Shown piece after piece: positions 24,453-35,682 of a DNA stretch of 64,000 nucleotides; position 1 is the first letter of the stretch, and each line of letters starts with the position of its first letter. The notes below the pieces were generated by a model. That model had not been told where the DNA came from. It saw only the letters and a list, made by a program, of their open reading frames with translations, and made no database searches. The stretch is from NCBI GenBank assembly GCA_043228905.1, contig JBHGNT010000002.1, positions 18,166,001 through 18,230,000 of the forward strand. Direction: 5' to 3'. The translations under genes and the position numbers were made by a program. The stretch comes from Azolla caroliniana (Eukaryota > Plantae > Polypodiophyta).

Positions 24453-27400
24453 TCACGTGATACGTGTGAAAGTGAGTAGTGACTCTCGATGTTCAAGAAC
24501 TTTACCAATGAATGTTGCAATCGAGAGTGCACATTGTGGTTGTGAGAGGAATTCATGCAAAGATTGGGCTCGATCGAAGAGATGTGGAAAGCATGGTCGA
24601 ATATGATCAAAGGCAGAGCATTGTATCAAAGTGTGATACTCAGACTCGCGAACTTGTTTAGGGCAAAGTGTGCATAGCCGACCACTCTCATCACTTGTAC
24701 CCCAACGCCCTGTTTCACATCGCAATGCATGTGAGCTAAGTCGCATGGAAGCAATGGTTCGAATGGCAGATAACGGTATGGGCTCTAACATGTATGGATG
24801 TGTACGATTTCCCCGTTCCGCAAAGAATATGGTTTTGTAGTTAGGTGCAACATGTGTAGTATAATGTGTGAAGCGTGAGCCTCCACATTTGTCCCATGTC
24901 ATGATACATTGGCGTTGCAAAAATGCCTCATTTACAGAGGAATCTAATGATGCATCATGAAGCAAGTGTCTCGCATCCCATCTACCAAACCATTTTTCTA
25001 TATCTTGCATCCAACCGGAACACAAAATTTTGCTTTTATGCGTCTTTTGGATCTTTTTGCTTGCTTCCCACGCAATTCTAGGAAGTCGATGTGAGGGACT
25101 TTTTTGAACCTTAAGCATGTATTCAACAACCCTTTCCATGGCCATGATCTCAATGGGAAGCAATCCCGTCTCAAGGAGGAGCAGGGTGTAGGGCGTTTGT
25201 TTCTTAACTTGTAGAAACTTGGTAAGAAAATGCTTTTGGACATTTTCAAACTCTTTCCACATAGACTTAGGGATGCTACCGCCCCATACTTCCACCCCAT
25301 AGAGAAGAACTGGTGTCACCAAAGTGTCAAAAAGATATTTCTTGAGGACCCAACACTTAATATCTCCAAGATTGCATGTGTTCTCAAATGCATAGTATGC
25401 TCGTTTGCCCGCCTCTAAGCGGCGTGTAGCACATTCATTCCATCTATGATTTGAAGGAACTTCAAGGCCAAGATATTTGAAGCTTTCCACACATTCAAGT
25501 GGCTCATTGTTGTACATAATGCATGGTTTATCTCTTTTTTGGCTCTTCACAAGCATAATCTTTGTTTTAGAGCTATTGACACTTAATTTAGTATGCATGC
25601 AAAATTTTTCCAATGCCTTCATAAGCTTTTGTGCATCTCCTAAAGTATTTGCAAAAAGCACTACGTCATCTGCATATAGCAAAAGCATAATCACAACATT
25701 CCCAATGGCAACTTCTTCAACACATTCTTCCTTTGCAAACTTGGTAACCATTTCTTCCAATTCATCAATGCATAGACCAAATAGTGTTGGTGAGAGTGGG
25801 CATCCTTGCTTAACACCAATAGTGCTTTTGAAAAAATCTGAAAGTTTATCTTTCATGCGCACACAACATATAACCTTCTCATAAATTCGGGAAATTGCAA
25901 GCATATATTCACTTGGCACCTCAAGTTCTTCCATTCGCCTCCAAAGATGCTCACGAGGTACCATATCAAAAGCTTTCTTGAAGTCTACAAAGCAACAATA
26001 TAAACCTTTACCTCTAAGGCGACTTTCCTCCATTAATACTCGAAGGGTGATAAGGTGATCAATGGTGCTATGGTGTTTCCGAAAGCCAGCTTGTCCATAA
26101 GCTCTCTTACCACTTTTTTCAGCCCATACACTTATCTTTGATTCCATTATACATCCAAATAGTTTTGCCATTAATGAGCCAACCATGATGCTTCGATAGT
26201 TGTTTACATTATTTATATCTCCACCTTTATGTAAAGGTTTGATCCAATTTGTAGTCCAATCGTACGGCATACCATGTTGCAATGCATCATTAAACATATC
26301 GCTTATCCATATATGTGCTTCCTTTCCCGTCCATTTGAGCATTTCAGCCTTTATACATTGAAGATCGCTTGCCTTTCGAGAGGCCAATTTCTTAAGTCCT
26401 ATGCATATATCTTCAATTGTAAAGAAGGAAGGCATATGTGAAAGAGAACCATAACACATCATCTTTCCGGCAAGAGATAACTCATATAAATTCTTACAAT
26501 GCATAGACAAGTCGTGAAGAGTTAAGTCACCATAACTCTCAACACGTTTTCCCTTTAGATTTCCCCAAAATTTAGCACATGCATGTGCTTTCTCTTGCGT
26601 TTGGATAAATTGTTGAGTAACTTCCCATATTCTTCTCTTTCTTTGAATAAGCCTTTTATACTCATGCAAATGCTTTTGGTAATTCTCTTTATCCTTAACT
26701 ACATCCAAAACCATAAGGCACTTTCGAGCTTCACGACATTCTTTATCAAACCATTTTTTCCTAAGTTTCTTGGTGCATTTCCAAGATGTGCGGTTGGTCG
26801 AAAAACATTTGTTTGTACATGAGAGAATGACTTTCTTGAAAGCTTCCCATTTGCATTCTAGTGTGGCACCATGTTGTATCTTTGTCATTTGTAACATATC
26901 CTCAACCATCTTGGAATACATGGGTGCTCGCTTAAGGTTCATGCTCAAGTGCGGTTGTTTATTATCTTCAATAGCCTTCTCACAATCAAACCTATGCATA
27001 CATTTGAGATCAATACATAAAGGCCTATGATCTGATTCCGGTGTCCATTCACCAAGTGAGAATTTATGTATACGATCCAAAATACCTTCGGAAAGTAGCA
27101 CATAATCAATCACACTATTTCCGTTGTATTTTCTACATGTAAAACCATTAGTGTTGGGCCATAAGGAAATACCATTTGCAATAAGCAATCCGGTACTATT
27201 GCACATTTGTAGGAGTAACTTCCCAAATTGGTCCGGATCTTTTTCATCGCTAGAAGAGCGGTTATACATTTGCATATCCTCTTGCATCCTTGAGATATGT
27301 GGCATGAAAGATTCTTGTGAATCAAGTTGGAAACTTCTTGTACGAGCATTCATGTCACCAAAGACAATAACTTCCCCTTTGGATTTGAAATAAGCAATAT

Positions 27401-27827
27401 CATCTTCTAGATTGGCAAACGGTTGATCTTTATCCAAACAAGCATAAAAGTTAGAATCTTGATGAGGAATGTAACATCCAACAACAAAAGTGGGCAAATC
27501 ATTAGGTGTTTCTATTTTGAGCCATATGTAGCATTTATTTTCATCATTTTTTATGATTGACACATATTTCTCTATTTCCTTCTTAATCAAACATGCCACC
27601 CCTCCTTGTCCTCTTCTTTGTCTTGGATTTTTCTTCCATATCAAAGAGTGTACATTATAGTTTCCTAAACCTTGAATCCTTTGAGTATCATGCTCCCATG
27701 TTTCAACAAGAAGTGTGATATCCGAGTCATTGGTGAACTCCTCTATGCCAAATCCCACATTCCATGGGTATCCATTGCAATTCCAAAAGCATAGTCGTAA
27801 AAGGCGTGGGTTAGTCTCATAGATCAC
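24453..27827 (-). CDS. LINE ORF2: APE endonuclease + reverse transcriptase + C-terminal CCHC motif (1124 aa)
   Basis: CFWNCNG, LVETW, GDMNAR, SVIDY and SDHRP (APE); FVDFKKAFD, GVKQGCPLSPTLF, LLYADD and FKYLG (RT); RLSSHALRCETGRW...CTLC...H...C. Begins at GTG with no early ATG. Confidence 0.95.
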   Translation of the reverse strand: MIYETNPRLLRLCFWNCNGYPWNVGFGIEEFTNDSDITLLVETWEHDTQRIQGLGNYNVHSLIWKKNPRQRRGQGGVACLIKKEIEKYVSIIKNDENKCYIWLKIETPNDLPTFVVGCYIPHQDSNFYACLDKDQPFANLEDDIAYFKSKGEVIVFGDMNARTRSFQLDSQESFMPHISRMQEDMQMYNRSSSDEKDPDQFGKLLLQMCNSTGLLIANGISLWPNTNGFTCRKYNGNSVIDYVLLSEGILDRIHKFSLGEWTPESDHRPLCIDLKCMHRFDCEKAIEDNKQPHLSMNLKRAPMYSKMVEDMLQMTKIQHGATLECKWEAFKKVILSCTNKCFSTNRTSWKCTKKLRKKWFDKECREARKCLMVLDVVKDKENYQKHLHEYKRLIQRKRRIWEVTQQFIQTQEKAHACAKFWGNLKGKRVESYGDLTLHDLSMHCKNLYELSLAGKMMCYGSLSHMPSFFTIEDICIGLKKLASRKASDLQCIKAEMLKWTGKEAHIWISDMFNDALQHGMPYDWTTNWIKPLHKGGDINNVNNYRSIMVGSLMAKLFGCIMESKISVWAEKSGKRAYGQAGFRKHHSTIDHLITLRVLMEESRLRGKGLYCCFVDFKKAFDMVPREHLWRRMEELEVPSEYMLAISRIYEKVICCVRMKDKLSDFFKSTIGVKQGCPLSPTLFGLCIDELEEMVTKFAKEECVEEVAIGNVVIMLLLYADDVVLFANTLGDAQKLMKALEKFCMHTKLSVNSSKTKIMLVKSQKRDKPCIMYNNEPLECVESFKYLGLEVPSNHRWNECATRRLEAGKRAYYAFENTCNLGDIKCWVLKKYLFDTLVTPVLLYGVEVWGGSIPKSMWKEFENVQKHFLTKFLQVKKQTPYTLLLLETGLLPIEIMAMERVVEYMLKVQKSPSHRLPRIAWEASKKIQKTHKSKILCSGWMQDIEKWFGRWDARHLLHDASLDSSVNEAFLQRQCIMTWDKCGGSRFTHYTTHVAPNYKTIFFAERGNRTHPYMLEPIPLSAIRTIASMRLSSHALRCETGRWGTSDESGRLCTLCPKQVRESEYHTLIQCSAFDHIRPCFPHLFDRAQSLHEFLSQPQCALSIATFIGKVLEHRESLLTFTRIT

Positions 27828-27833
27828 GTGTCC

Positions 27834-28703
27834 CTATTTGCCTACATTTCCATCTTTAGGCACATCCTTAACCTTGTTTTTCAATCTTTCTTCATATGCT
27901 TTACGACGAGCATTTTGTTGTGAGATAGTACGATCTTCACTCACAAAGCATTGTGTACCTTTGAGGTATACCCAACTATTTTCGAGTATGATCCGCCGCT
28001 TTGTATCATCTGTCATTGTGCATACAATAGGCCTTTCTCCGGAGCGAGTAACACCATGTTTCCCAACTCGGTGTGCCCCATATACATTCACATCTGACAT
28101 CCCATAATGCATGCTAAAAAATTCACCAATGGCCTTTCCAAGGGATGCGGGTGTTTCCATACTCTCTTCTTTAATCCCACGGACGACAATGTTCTTTGAT
28201 CGTCGTTCGCGTTCTTTCAATTCTCGGACATCTATGCTTTCTATATTCTTCTCTTGATGCATCACATGCATATTAGATGAGTTTGATAACACATCCCCAC
28301 CACATACATCGGCCCATGACTTCGTTGTACATACATTTTTCATCTCACTTACATCCCGCCTCATCGTATCCAATTTTTCTTCTTTTAATGCTTCCTTTAA
28401 CTCAATCTTGTTAAGGCGCTCATTTGTTTCAAATGAAGCTCTTTTACATTCTTGAATCTCTTCTTGAAGTTTTGCAACCACTTGTTTAAGACTTTCATTC
28501 TCAATGACAACACTTTGGAGCTTAGTATTCTCTTTCATTAACATCCTAATCTCTTCACCTTGCTTGTTTATGGTTTCTTGAAGAGAAATCAAGTGACTCA
28601 TAAGCATTTTGTCCATTGCATTAGAATCGAGATTTGTTGGTGATCTCGGCTCATTATCAATCATACCCCCAAACTTTGCGGCGGTTTTACGAGTATTTGC
28701 CAT
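27834..28703 (-). CDS. LINE ORF1: coiled coil + RRM-like nucleic-acid chaperone (289 aa)
   Basis: N-terminal heptad-rich region, then ERERRSKNIVVRGIKE, HRVGK, RPIVC and FVSEDRT motifs typical of LINE ORF1p. Confidence 0.9.
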   Translation of the reverse strand: MANTRKTAAKFGGMIDNEPRSPTNLDSNAMDKMLMSHLISLQETINKQGEEIRMLMKENTKLQSVVIENESLKQVVAKLQEEIQECKRASFETNERLNKIELKEALKEEKLDTMRRDVSEMKNVCTTKSWADVCGGDVLSNSSNMHVMHQEKNIESIDVRELKERERRSKNIVVRGIKEESMETPASLGKAIGEFFSMHYGMSDVNVYGAHRVGKHGVTRSGERPIVCTMTDDTKRRIILENSWVYLKGTQCFVSEDRTISQQNARRKAYEERLKNKVKDVPKDGNVGK

Positions 28704-28966
28704 TGTAGGGATAAACCGTACGGGAAAAGAGAGGCAAAGAGGGAAGGAGAGAGAATGTACCTTTCACTCGACTTAGGGCTTCAAAATCTACCTTCCGTTT
28801 GAGGAACCGTGGGGCAAAGATGGCTGCGGATGAAAATGCTCATAACTTCTCGCCACGGTAACGGAATTCAGTAAATGAACATTCTTTAGAAAGCTCTCTC
28901 AAAGAGCTTTCCAACGAGCTATAGAACGTAGAAAACGATGGCCGGAGTGAACTTACAGAGAGCTTT

Positions 28967-29015
<49 letters not shown>

Positions 29016-29539
29016 GTCTATCAAACATACGTCATTTCGTGGGTTAATAATGTGAATTAGTTTGTCATTCATGGTAAATATGTATGTATGTATGAAGAAG
29101 ACATGTATGTATGTATGTATGTATGTATAGAGGAAAGAAACTATGTATGGCGTTTAAAGCAACTCTGAATGTTTTGGGCCAGAAGCCCTTTATGCTAGTC
29201 ACTGATAACTATATATAGGTTGTCTGCCGGGAACACGTCTTCAACTCCTTTATAAAAAAAAACCTCCGTTTTTGAGACGTTTGAATCAAATCTTTCCATC
29301 CGTTCGTTCGCCTCGTCCATAATATGTATGTATGTACATATATATATACCCTGAAGATGTCCTGCATGATTCTTCTCTGTTTTCTTTTTCTTTTTCTTTT
29401 CTATTATTATTATTATTATTATTATTTATGTCGATGTGATCTTTTTTATTTATTTTTTGCTTATTTATTTATTTACTGTTTGGGTTTTAAAAACGAGAAT
29501 CGTTCCCCCAAGAAATGTGGACCACGAAACGAAAGAGGT

Positions 29540-29880
29540 GGTGACACGCGTCCAGGGGTATTAAATCACGTGCCAAACAAATTAACAATAATAATGGGGT
29601 GAGTGGTGCAAGAAACCAAAAGAGAAAGAAAGGAAGGCTTCCTTTTATAGAAATGGGAGGAAAAGTTGTTTTTTTTGGTACAGCTAAACGGGCCTCCACC
29701 GGTGGAATGGAGACACGTGGACCCTACCCCCATTTAATTCCATTTCTTTTTCCTTATCGAATAACGAAAGACTCCCCTGTTTTTTAGCACGCGGGCGCAA
29801 ACCCCCCCTCCCCATTCATTCATTCATTCATTCATTCATTCATTCAACCATAAGAAAGACCACATCTCTCTCTATAAGAA
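29540..29880 (+). promoter_or_regulatory. Putative MADS-gene proximal promoter with CE3, ABRE/G-boxes, CArG-like site and TATA-like motif
   Basis: ACGCGTGTC (CE3, minus strand) 29543-29551; CACGTG 29567-29572; CCACGTGTC (ABRE, minus) 29712-29720; CCTTTTATAG 29641-29650; TATAAGAA ~29873. Confidence 0.5.
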
Positions 29881-29975
29881 AAGAAAAAAGGTAAGCCGTA
29901 AAAATACGCACAGAAGACCAGATACACAGGCACGCTAGCTGTAGAGAGAGACAGAGACATACACAGTGCGCGAGC

Positions 29976-30017
<42 letters not shown>

Positions 30018-30035
30018 CTGAGAGAGGGGTGTTGG

Positions 30036-30217
30036 ATGGGTCGCTGCAAGATCCAGATCAAGCGTATCGAGAACGCGACCAGCCGGCAGGTGACCTTCTG
30101 CAAGCGGCGCGTGGGCCTGGTGAAGAAGGCGCGTGAGCTCTCCGTCCTCTGCGACGCCGACGTGGCCCTCATCATCTCCTCCAGCTCCGGCAAGCTCTAC
30201 CACTTCGCCAATCCCCG
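30036..30217 (+). CDS. Exon 1: MADS domain
   Basis: [60 protein letters not shown]; 182-nt exon with a phase-2 GT donor. Confidence 0.97.
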
Positions 30218-30423
30218 GTACTGCCGTCCATCCCGTCAGGCCATCTATTATGCTCCTTAATCCTCCTCCTGTCCGCAGTGATTTGAAACCCTACCCATCT
30301 TTCTTTCTTTCTTTCCCCTGAATAATAATTCTACTGATCACCATCTCTTTCTTTCTTCTTTCAGCCGCCTGGAAGATATCATTCAGCTGCACCTGAATCA
30401 AACCCAACACCGTCCTGCACATG

Positions 30424-30456
<33 letters not shown>

Positions 30457-33400
30457 TGCTGCGCTCGCCCTCCCTGGACTCCCGCCAGCTGCCATCCCCG
30501 CCTACTCATCCTGTGAGTTGAGTCCTTGCCTTCAACTTCTATTGAATTCTGGGCTCAACATTTTGACCTTTCAAGTTTTTGTGGGAATTTAAGGTAGAGA
30601 GAGAGAGAGAGAGAGATTTTCGTTGAAGAAGTTTGAAATAGCTGTGGTGAATAATGAGTCACTGCAGTCATATCACAACACTTCATTTCTCCGATTCAGT
30701 CAACCTCCGGTTCAAGAAATCCTATCATGACCATACTAGTATATTAGTTTTTCCATCATAGAATAGGGTTTGGATAAGTACACATAGCAATAACAAATGA
30801 CGTACCTTACTAGGGCCCTTTTCAGTCCAACGATATGAGCAAGGGAAAGATCACCACCAATCAACTGACTTGAAAGGGTCTTTCAGTTACAATATCAGGG
30901 TCAAAATTACTGACGTAAGTTGCTCTAGGTCGTAATGGTCATCTGCAGTCAATGGCACAGTCTGAGGGTCAAGCTGGTGTTCATACCTAGGTCCCTTGAT
31001 TTTTTGTTGACTATATGATATGCACACTCAGCAAGGTGGTGGAGATTATATGCACAAGATAAACGATTGAAGAACTGTTGCTGCTAAATATAAACTAAGT
31101 CACTGAGGATCCATCACAGGATAAGAAGCACAGCAAGACAGTCAAGTCCCATTGCGTTGAGGATGGTCAATCCTGGTACTAAGAGTCATTTTATGAGCAA
31201 GAGATATTGGGCCATTTGGAATGTACACGTTTTTTGGCATAATATAATGGGATCTCTTCAGGAATGTACACGTTTTTTTGGCGTTAATTTTGCAAGATAT
31301 GTTTGGCAAATGTCTTGTATCAGTGCTTCAACTTTTCTCACTGCTGCTTTTAATGAATATACAGTAATTGCTTTGACAACAAGCCTGCATTTACATATAC
31401 AATTGCAGTTCTTGTTTATTCAACTACTTGCATGCATAAGTCCCTAAATATGACCAGACTATTAACCTCATGCTATGGATGTGTGTGGGTTCGCATGGTT
31501 GTAATTAAATTGAAAACACGTTTCAAACCCAAGGAAATGGTCTTATGCATCATCACTGGTTCCCAACCCTTTAAAACATGATTCCTGTTACTCTGTTATC
31601 TGTTACCAGTCATCTTTGTCAAGTGCATGCAAGGTCAGGCTTGCAAGCTCAAAAGATGAAAGGGTAAATAATCTACTACTTTTGTTGTGTGTCTGTATAT
31701 GGATTTGCATTAGCAATGGTGAATTTTCTAGACTCTCATTGGACACCTATTTACCGTGAACTTAATTTTTAGTATATGAAACCATCTTTTGGAAGATGGC
31801 ACTAAACTTTACAAAAGTAACGGGGAAGCATCTGATATAGAGCGTGTAATGTTTTGATTTTATTGCCAAGTATTTCTGACGTATTGGCCAAAAACTTGGA
31901 AAATATCATATATGAATATAATGATATGATAGAATGAATTGGAAAAGTATTTTTCTCGCACATAGAAAATAGTAGTGAAGATTTACTCAGACTCATTAGA
32001 GACGTTTCAATTTGGTGTTTTTATCAATATCAACCATAGAACCAAATGTTGCTATGACTGATGGAAACAACCATTCTGTTGTAGTGAGTTTGGCACTTAA
32101 AACCTTCACTTATATGCAAGAAAATATGAAATACATGAACAAAATAACAATGGCATACCGAATCTTTAAAAATTTCTCTACTTATGGCATCTCATTTGAC
32201 TGAGGTTCTACCCTCATATCTTCGATTGTGACAATGGGGGCATTGATTGCTTCAAATGCAATTCAAGTCTGTTCTGCTATGTTCAATTGTATGTGATTGA
32301 TATCTTGACTATATGTCCATGAATTGCCTGACTACCATGATGTATAAACATGTGATCAAGAAAATCTCAGGCATGATCGCAATTTCATGCTTCAATCACA
32401 ATCTTGATAGTACCCATCAAGATCACTATTGAGTTTTTAATTTTAGAGACTTTTTAAACTGTGAGGTTTCGTTTACACACTTGCTGGATTGTGAGATCCC
32501 TACTAAGAGTAAAAATGTCAAATAAGTCTACAAAATCCCTCTTGTATGCAAAGAAAGATGTAATATGATTTATACATAGACAATTGTGCTTAACTTTATA
32601 AAACGGTGTGGTATTATGTGCCGCTTACCGACTGATTGGTCAATTACACATCCTTGTGAGGTCCTTCTACAACCTGAATGCAAATTTAGCTCTACATTTT
32701 GCTGATGATTGGCTAGAAGAGCTTGAGTTGAAAGAGTAATGGAAATGAAACGGTTGATGCTTATCAATGTTAGCACAGCAATCTGCAATATGCAGAAAAT
32801 ACACCTAAGTAAAATTTTAGGGTTTATACTTTTGGTTACACATGAAACCATTGACTATACACATCTAATAGGAGTACCTACTCACTTGTATGTTAGAGTG
32901 ATGCGTATGGATAATGTTTAAACTTTTTATTGTCATTTGTTGTGTTAGCAATAAACTATTCTAACCCATGCCATATTACAGGACTTGTACGCTCTTAGTT
33001 AATATAATCTATATGCTATGTATAATTGTACCAACAGAAATAGGTTTATGCTCTACATGAAACATAAATTATTAGCTCAACCCACATGTTAGGTATGTGG
33101 TTGCATGTATGAGATGGAATCTCATACATGATTTAAAAGAACATGAATGATATAAAAGAAAAAATCTTTTCAGTATTATCAAATATGTCAAGGATGTAGG
33201 CATGAAGCTCAAGGTAAACCATCACTGACATATCATGATGCTGCCAAAAACCTTAAAGTGCTAAAGGTCTGCCTTTTTCCCTAAATACTTCTCGTGAGGG
33301 GTGATGTCATGGACACCCTCGAGTGTGCACCCATTGAGGAGATACATTGCTGTAAGTGATGCCTCTGCCCAATAGATCTTAGGCATGTTCTTCTCTTGTA

Positions 33401-35631
33401 GCATGGGGTGGGCCATCTAAAGAATTGTGCAATTCTCCGTTTTGTTCTGGTGTATCGGCATCAGAATTCCTAATGAACCCCCTTCTCTTCTAGAATAGCC
33501 TTGAACTCAGTTGAGAAGTATTCTTGGTTACCATCGATTCGTAAGCATCGAGTCTTGTTATTCGTCTCGTTTTCCACTCGATTCTTTAACTTGAGAAAGT
33601 GAGAAGACCTTTTCAACTTCATCGAGCATATATAGGTATGCCGTGAATAATCCTCGATGAAGGTAACAAAGTACCTATACCCACTGATTGTCTCGTTTTG
33701 AGCCGGGCCCCATATGTCTAATTGGATGATGTCCAAGAAGCCTTTACTCATGTTCCTTTTGTTTTGGAATGGATCCCTATATTGCTTGCCAAGCTGGCAC
33801 GCCTCACATACATTATTAGGATTTTTCGAAGTTAATCATGGCAATCCATGCAAATGATCATACTTAGAGTTGGCTCTATGTTGGCTCGTTTATTCATGCC
33901 ATTAGGACGCTGATGTTTTGATGTAGAGCAGTGCCTCCACTAGATAACTCTTAAATTCGCCTTCAGTGAGGAATCTAGCCCTTTATACTAGATTCTTCTT
34001 TTTTATTTAGAATTTGATTAACTTTCTGCAAAAGGTTTTCTTTCAAATTGGGTGTTTGAAAACCCTATGGTTGCTCCATGAATACTTCTTCGTGGACATA
34101 TACTAGGAATCATGCAGTAGTATTCCGTTGAGTTATCCCAATAATGGCTTAATTTCAACAAATCACTACACCATTTTGGTTAATCAACTGTTAATTGCCT
34201 TAGAATTTCTTCTAATACTTCAGACACTAATATGAAATTTCCTCCCCTTAACATCCAAATACACTCTACACTAGTCCAACTCCTTTCCCTCCATCTAATG
34301 CCACTTATAATCCTTCCATGAGCTTGTGTTAGAAATGTCGCCTTATCCTCCTGCCAAAATCATTTACTGATTGGGAAGTAGAACGATCTGAGCTCTGATT
34401 TATCACCAACTAAAAAGTGTGTTGAAACATTGTGATCAAATGGAATTTTCCCATAACTAATTCAAACGTGCTGTCTAAATTTCTCCTTTTCCATGGCTGG
34501 AATTTCATTGCAGCTGTAGAGAGCAAAGACATTGGATTATTTGGATTTACAATTTTCTCTCGTTTAACATGGTCCTCGAGAGTATGCATAAGAATCAAAC
34601 ATACTTGGCACCTTCAACTTCCATATTTTGTTTTCTTTGTTTTTTGCGTATTTCCAATTAATCTGATACATTGTTCAGTGATTTAGAATTGTTATCTTCA
34701 ATTAATGCAATTCCTGAATCTTCATATGATTGCTAGACTTTGCAAAAGCATTGTAGAAAAGCCCTGTGAGGTTATTACAAAAATTTGACTTTGCATCAAA
34801 AGCAACTGTCGTAATGAAGGAGATGATGTGAAGTTCAATTGAACACCTGTATTGCCATGATCACTCTTACACCACGTTAGAAACTCACAATAGTTTACCT
34901 GTAATGAATGGAAACTTAGAAGTGTAACAAGTGATCAACAAATGTATAATGACCCGCCATTAGGACTTCAACCGTTCCCTCACCCTTCTACATGTTCTTT
35001 TATGAAATCATAAGTAACAAAAGATTGATTGTGGCCATTAGAAGTCTGAAATGTTAAATGCGACGACTATACATTACAACTCAGATTATTGTTCCATTTA
35101 TGGGAATATTAAGTGGAATATTGTTCCACTTAATATGCCTACTAAATTATAAAATGAAACTGAGAATTATAGACTGTATTGTCATTCTCAGAAAGAAAGA
35201 TTGATTGATAGGTTTTATGATAACATTAGAAATATGTCTAGGGATTGCTCAGGATTGACAATGCAAGAAAAAGAAAGTCCGAAGGTGGAGCATTGCCAAT
35301 GGGAGAGAGAGAGAGAGAGTCAATTGGTCTATAGTGGAGGTCATGAATATGTCCATTGTATTGCAATCGTGACATTGTTGGTTCAACACATCAATATGGC
35401 ATGTAGTCTAGGAGAATTGATACATGGTGTACTAATGATGAGAACCCAAAATCTATGTTGATGCCATAATAGATTATAAATAACTAGAGCCAGCTTAGAG
35501 AGAGAGAGAGATTCACCATGTTGTATCCCCACTTTCTCCACAAAATAACAAATTATCTCTGCCCATGGTTGAGAACCTGAACACATCTCTTTCATGATTG
35601 TTTTAATATATAAATTTAGAAAAAAACAAGG

Positions 35632-35682
<51 letters not shown>

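Larger units (their letters stand above)
24381..28970 (-). mobile_element. Full-length, apparently intact non-LTR retrotransposon (LINE; RTEX/CR1-L2-like rather than plant L1)
   Basis: Two intact ORFs, a short 3' UTR ending in a (TCTA)n tail (24381-24396), flanked on both sides by (GA)n (24363-24380 and 28971-29014). Confidence 0.92.

Noticed and set aside
29840-30203. Antisense ORFs over MADS exon 1
   Set aside because: By-product of a GC-rich exon and (GA)n repeats; no recognisable motifs.
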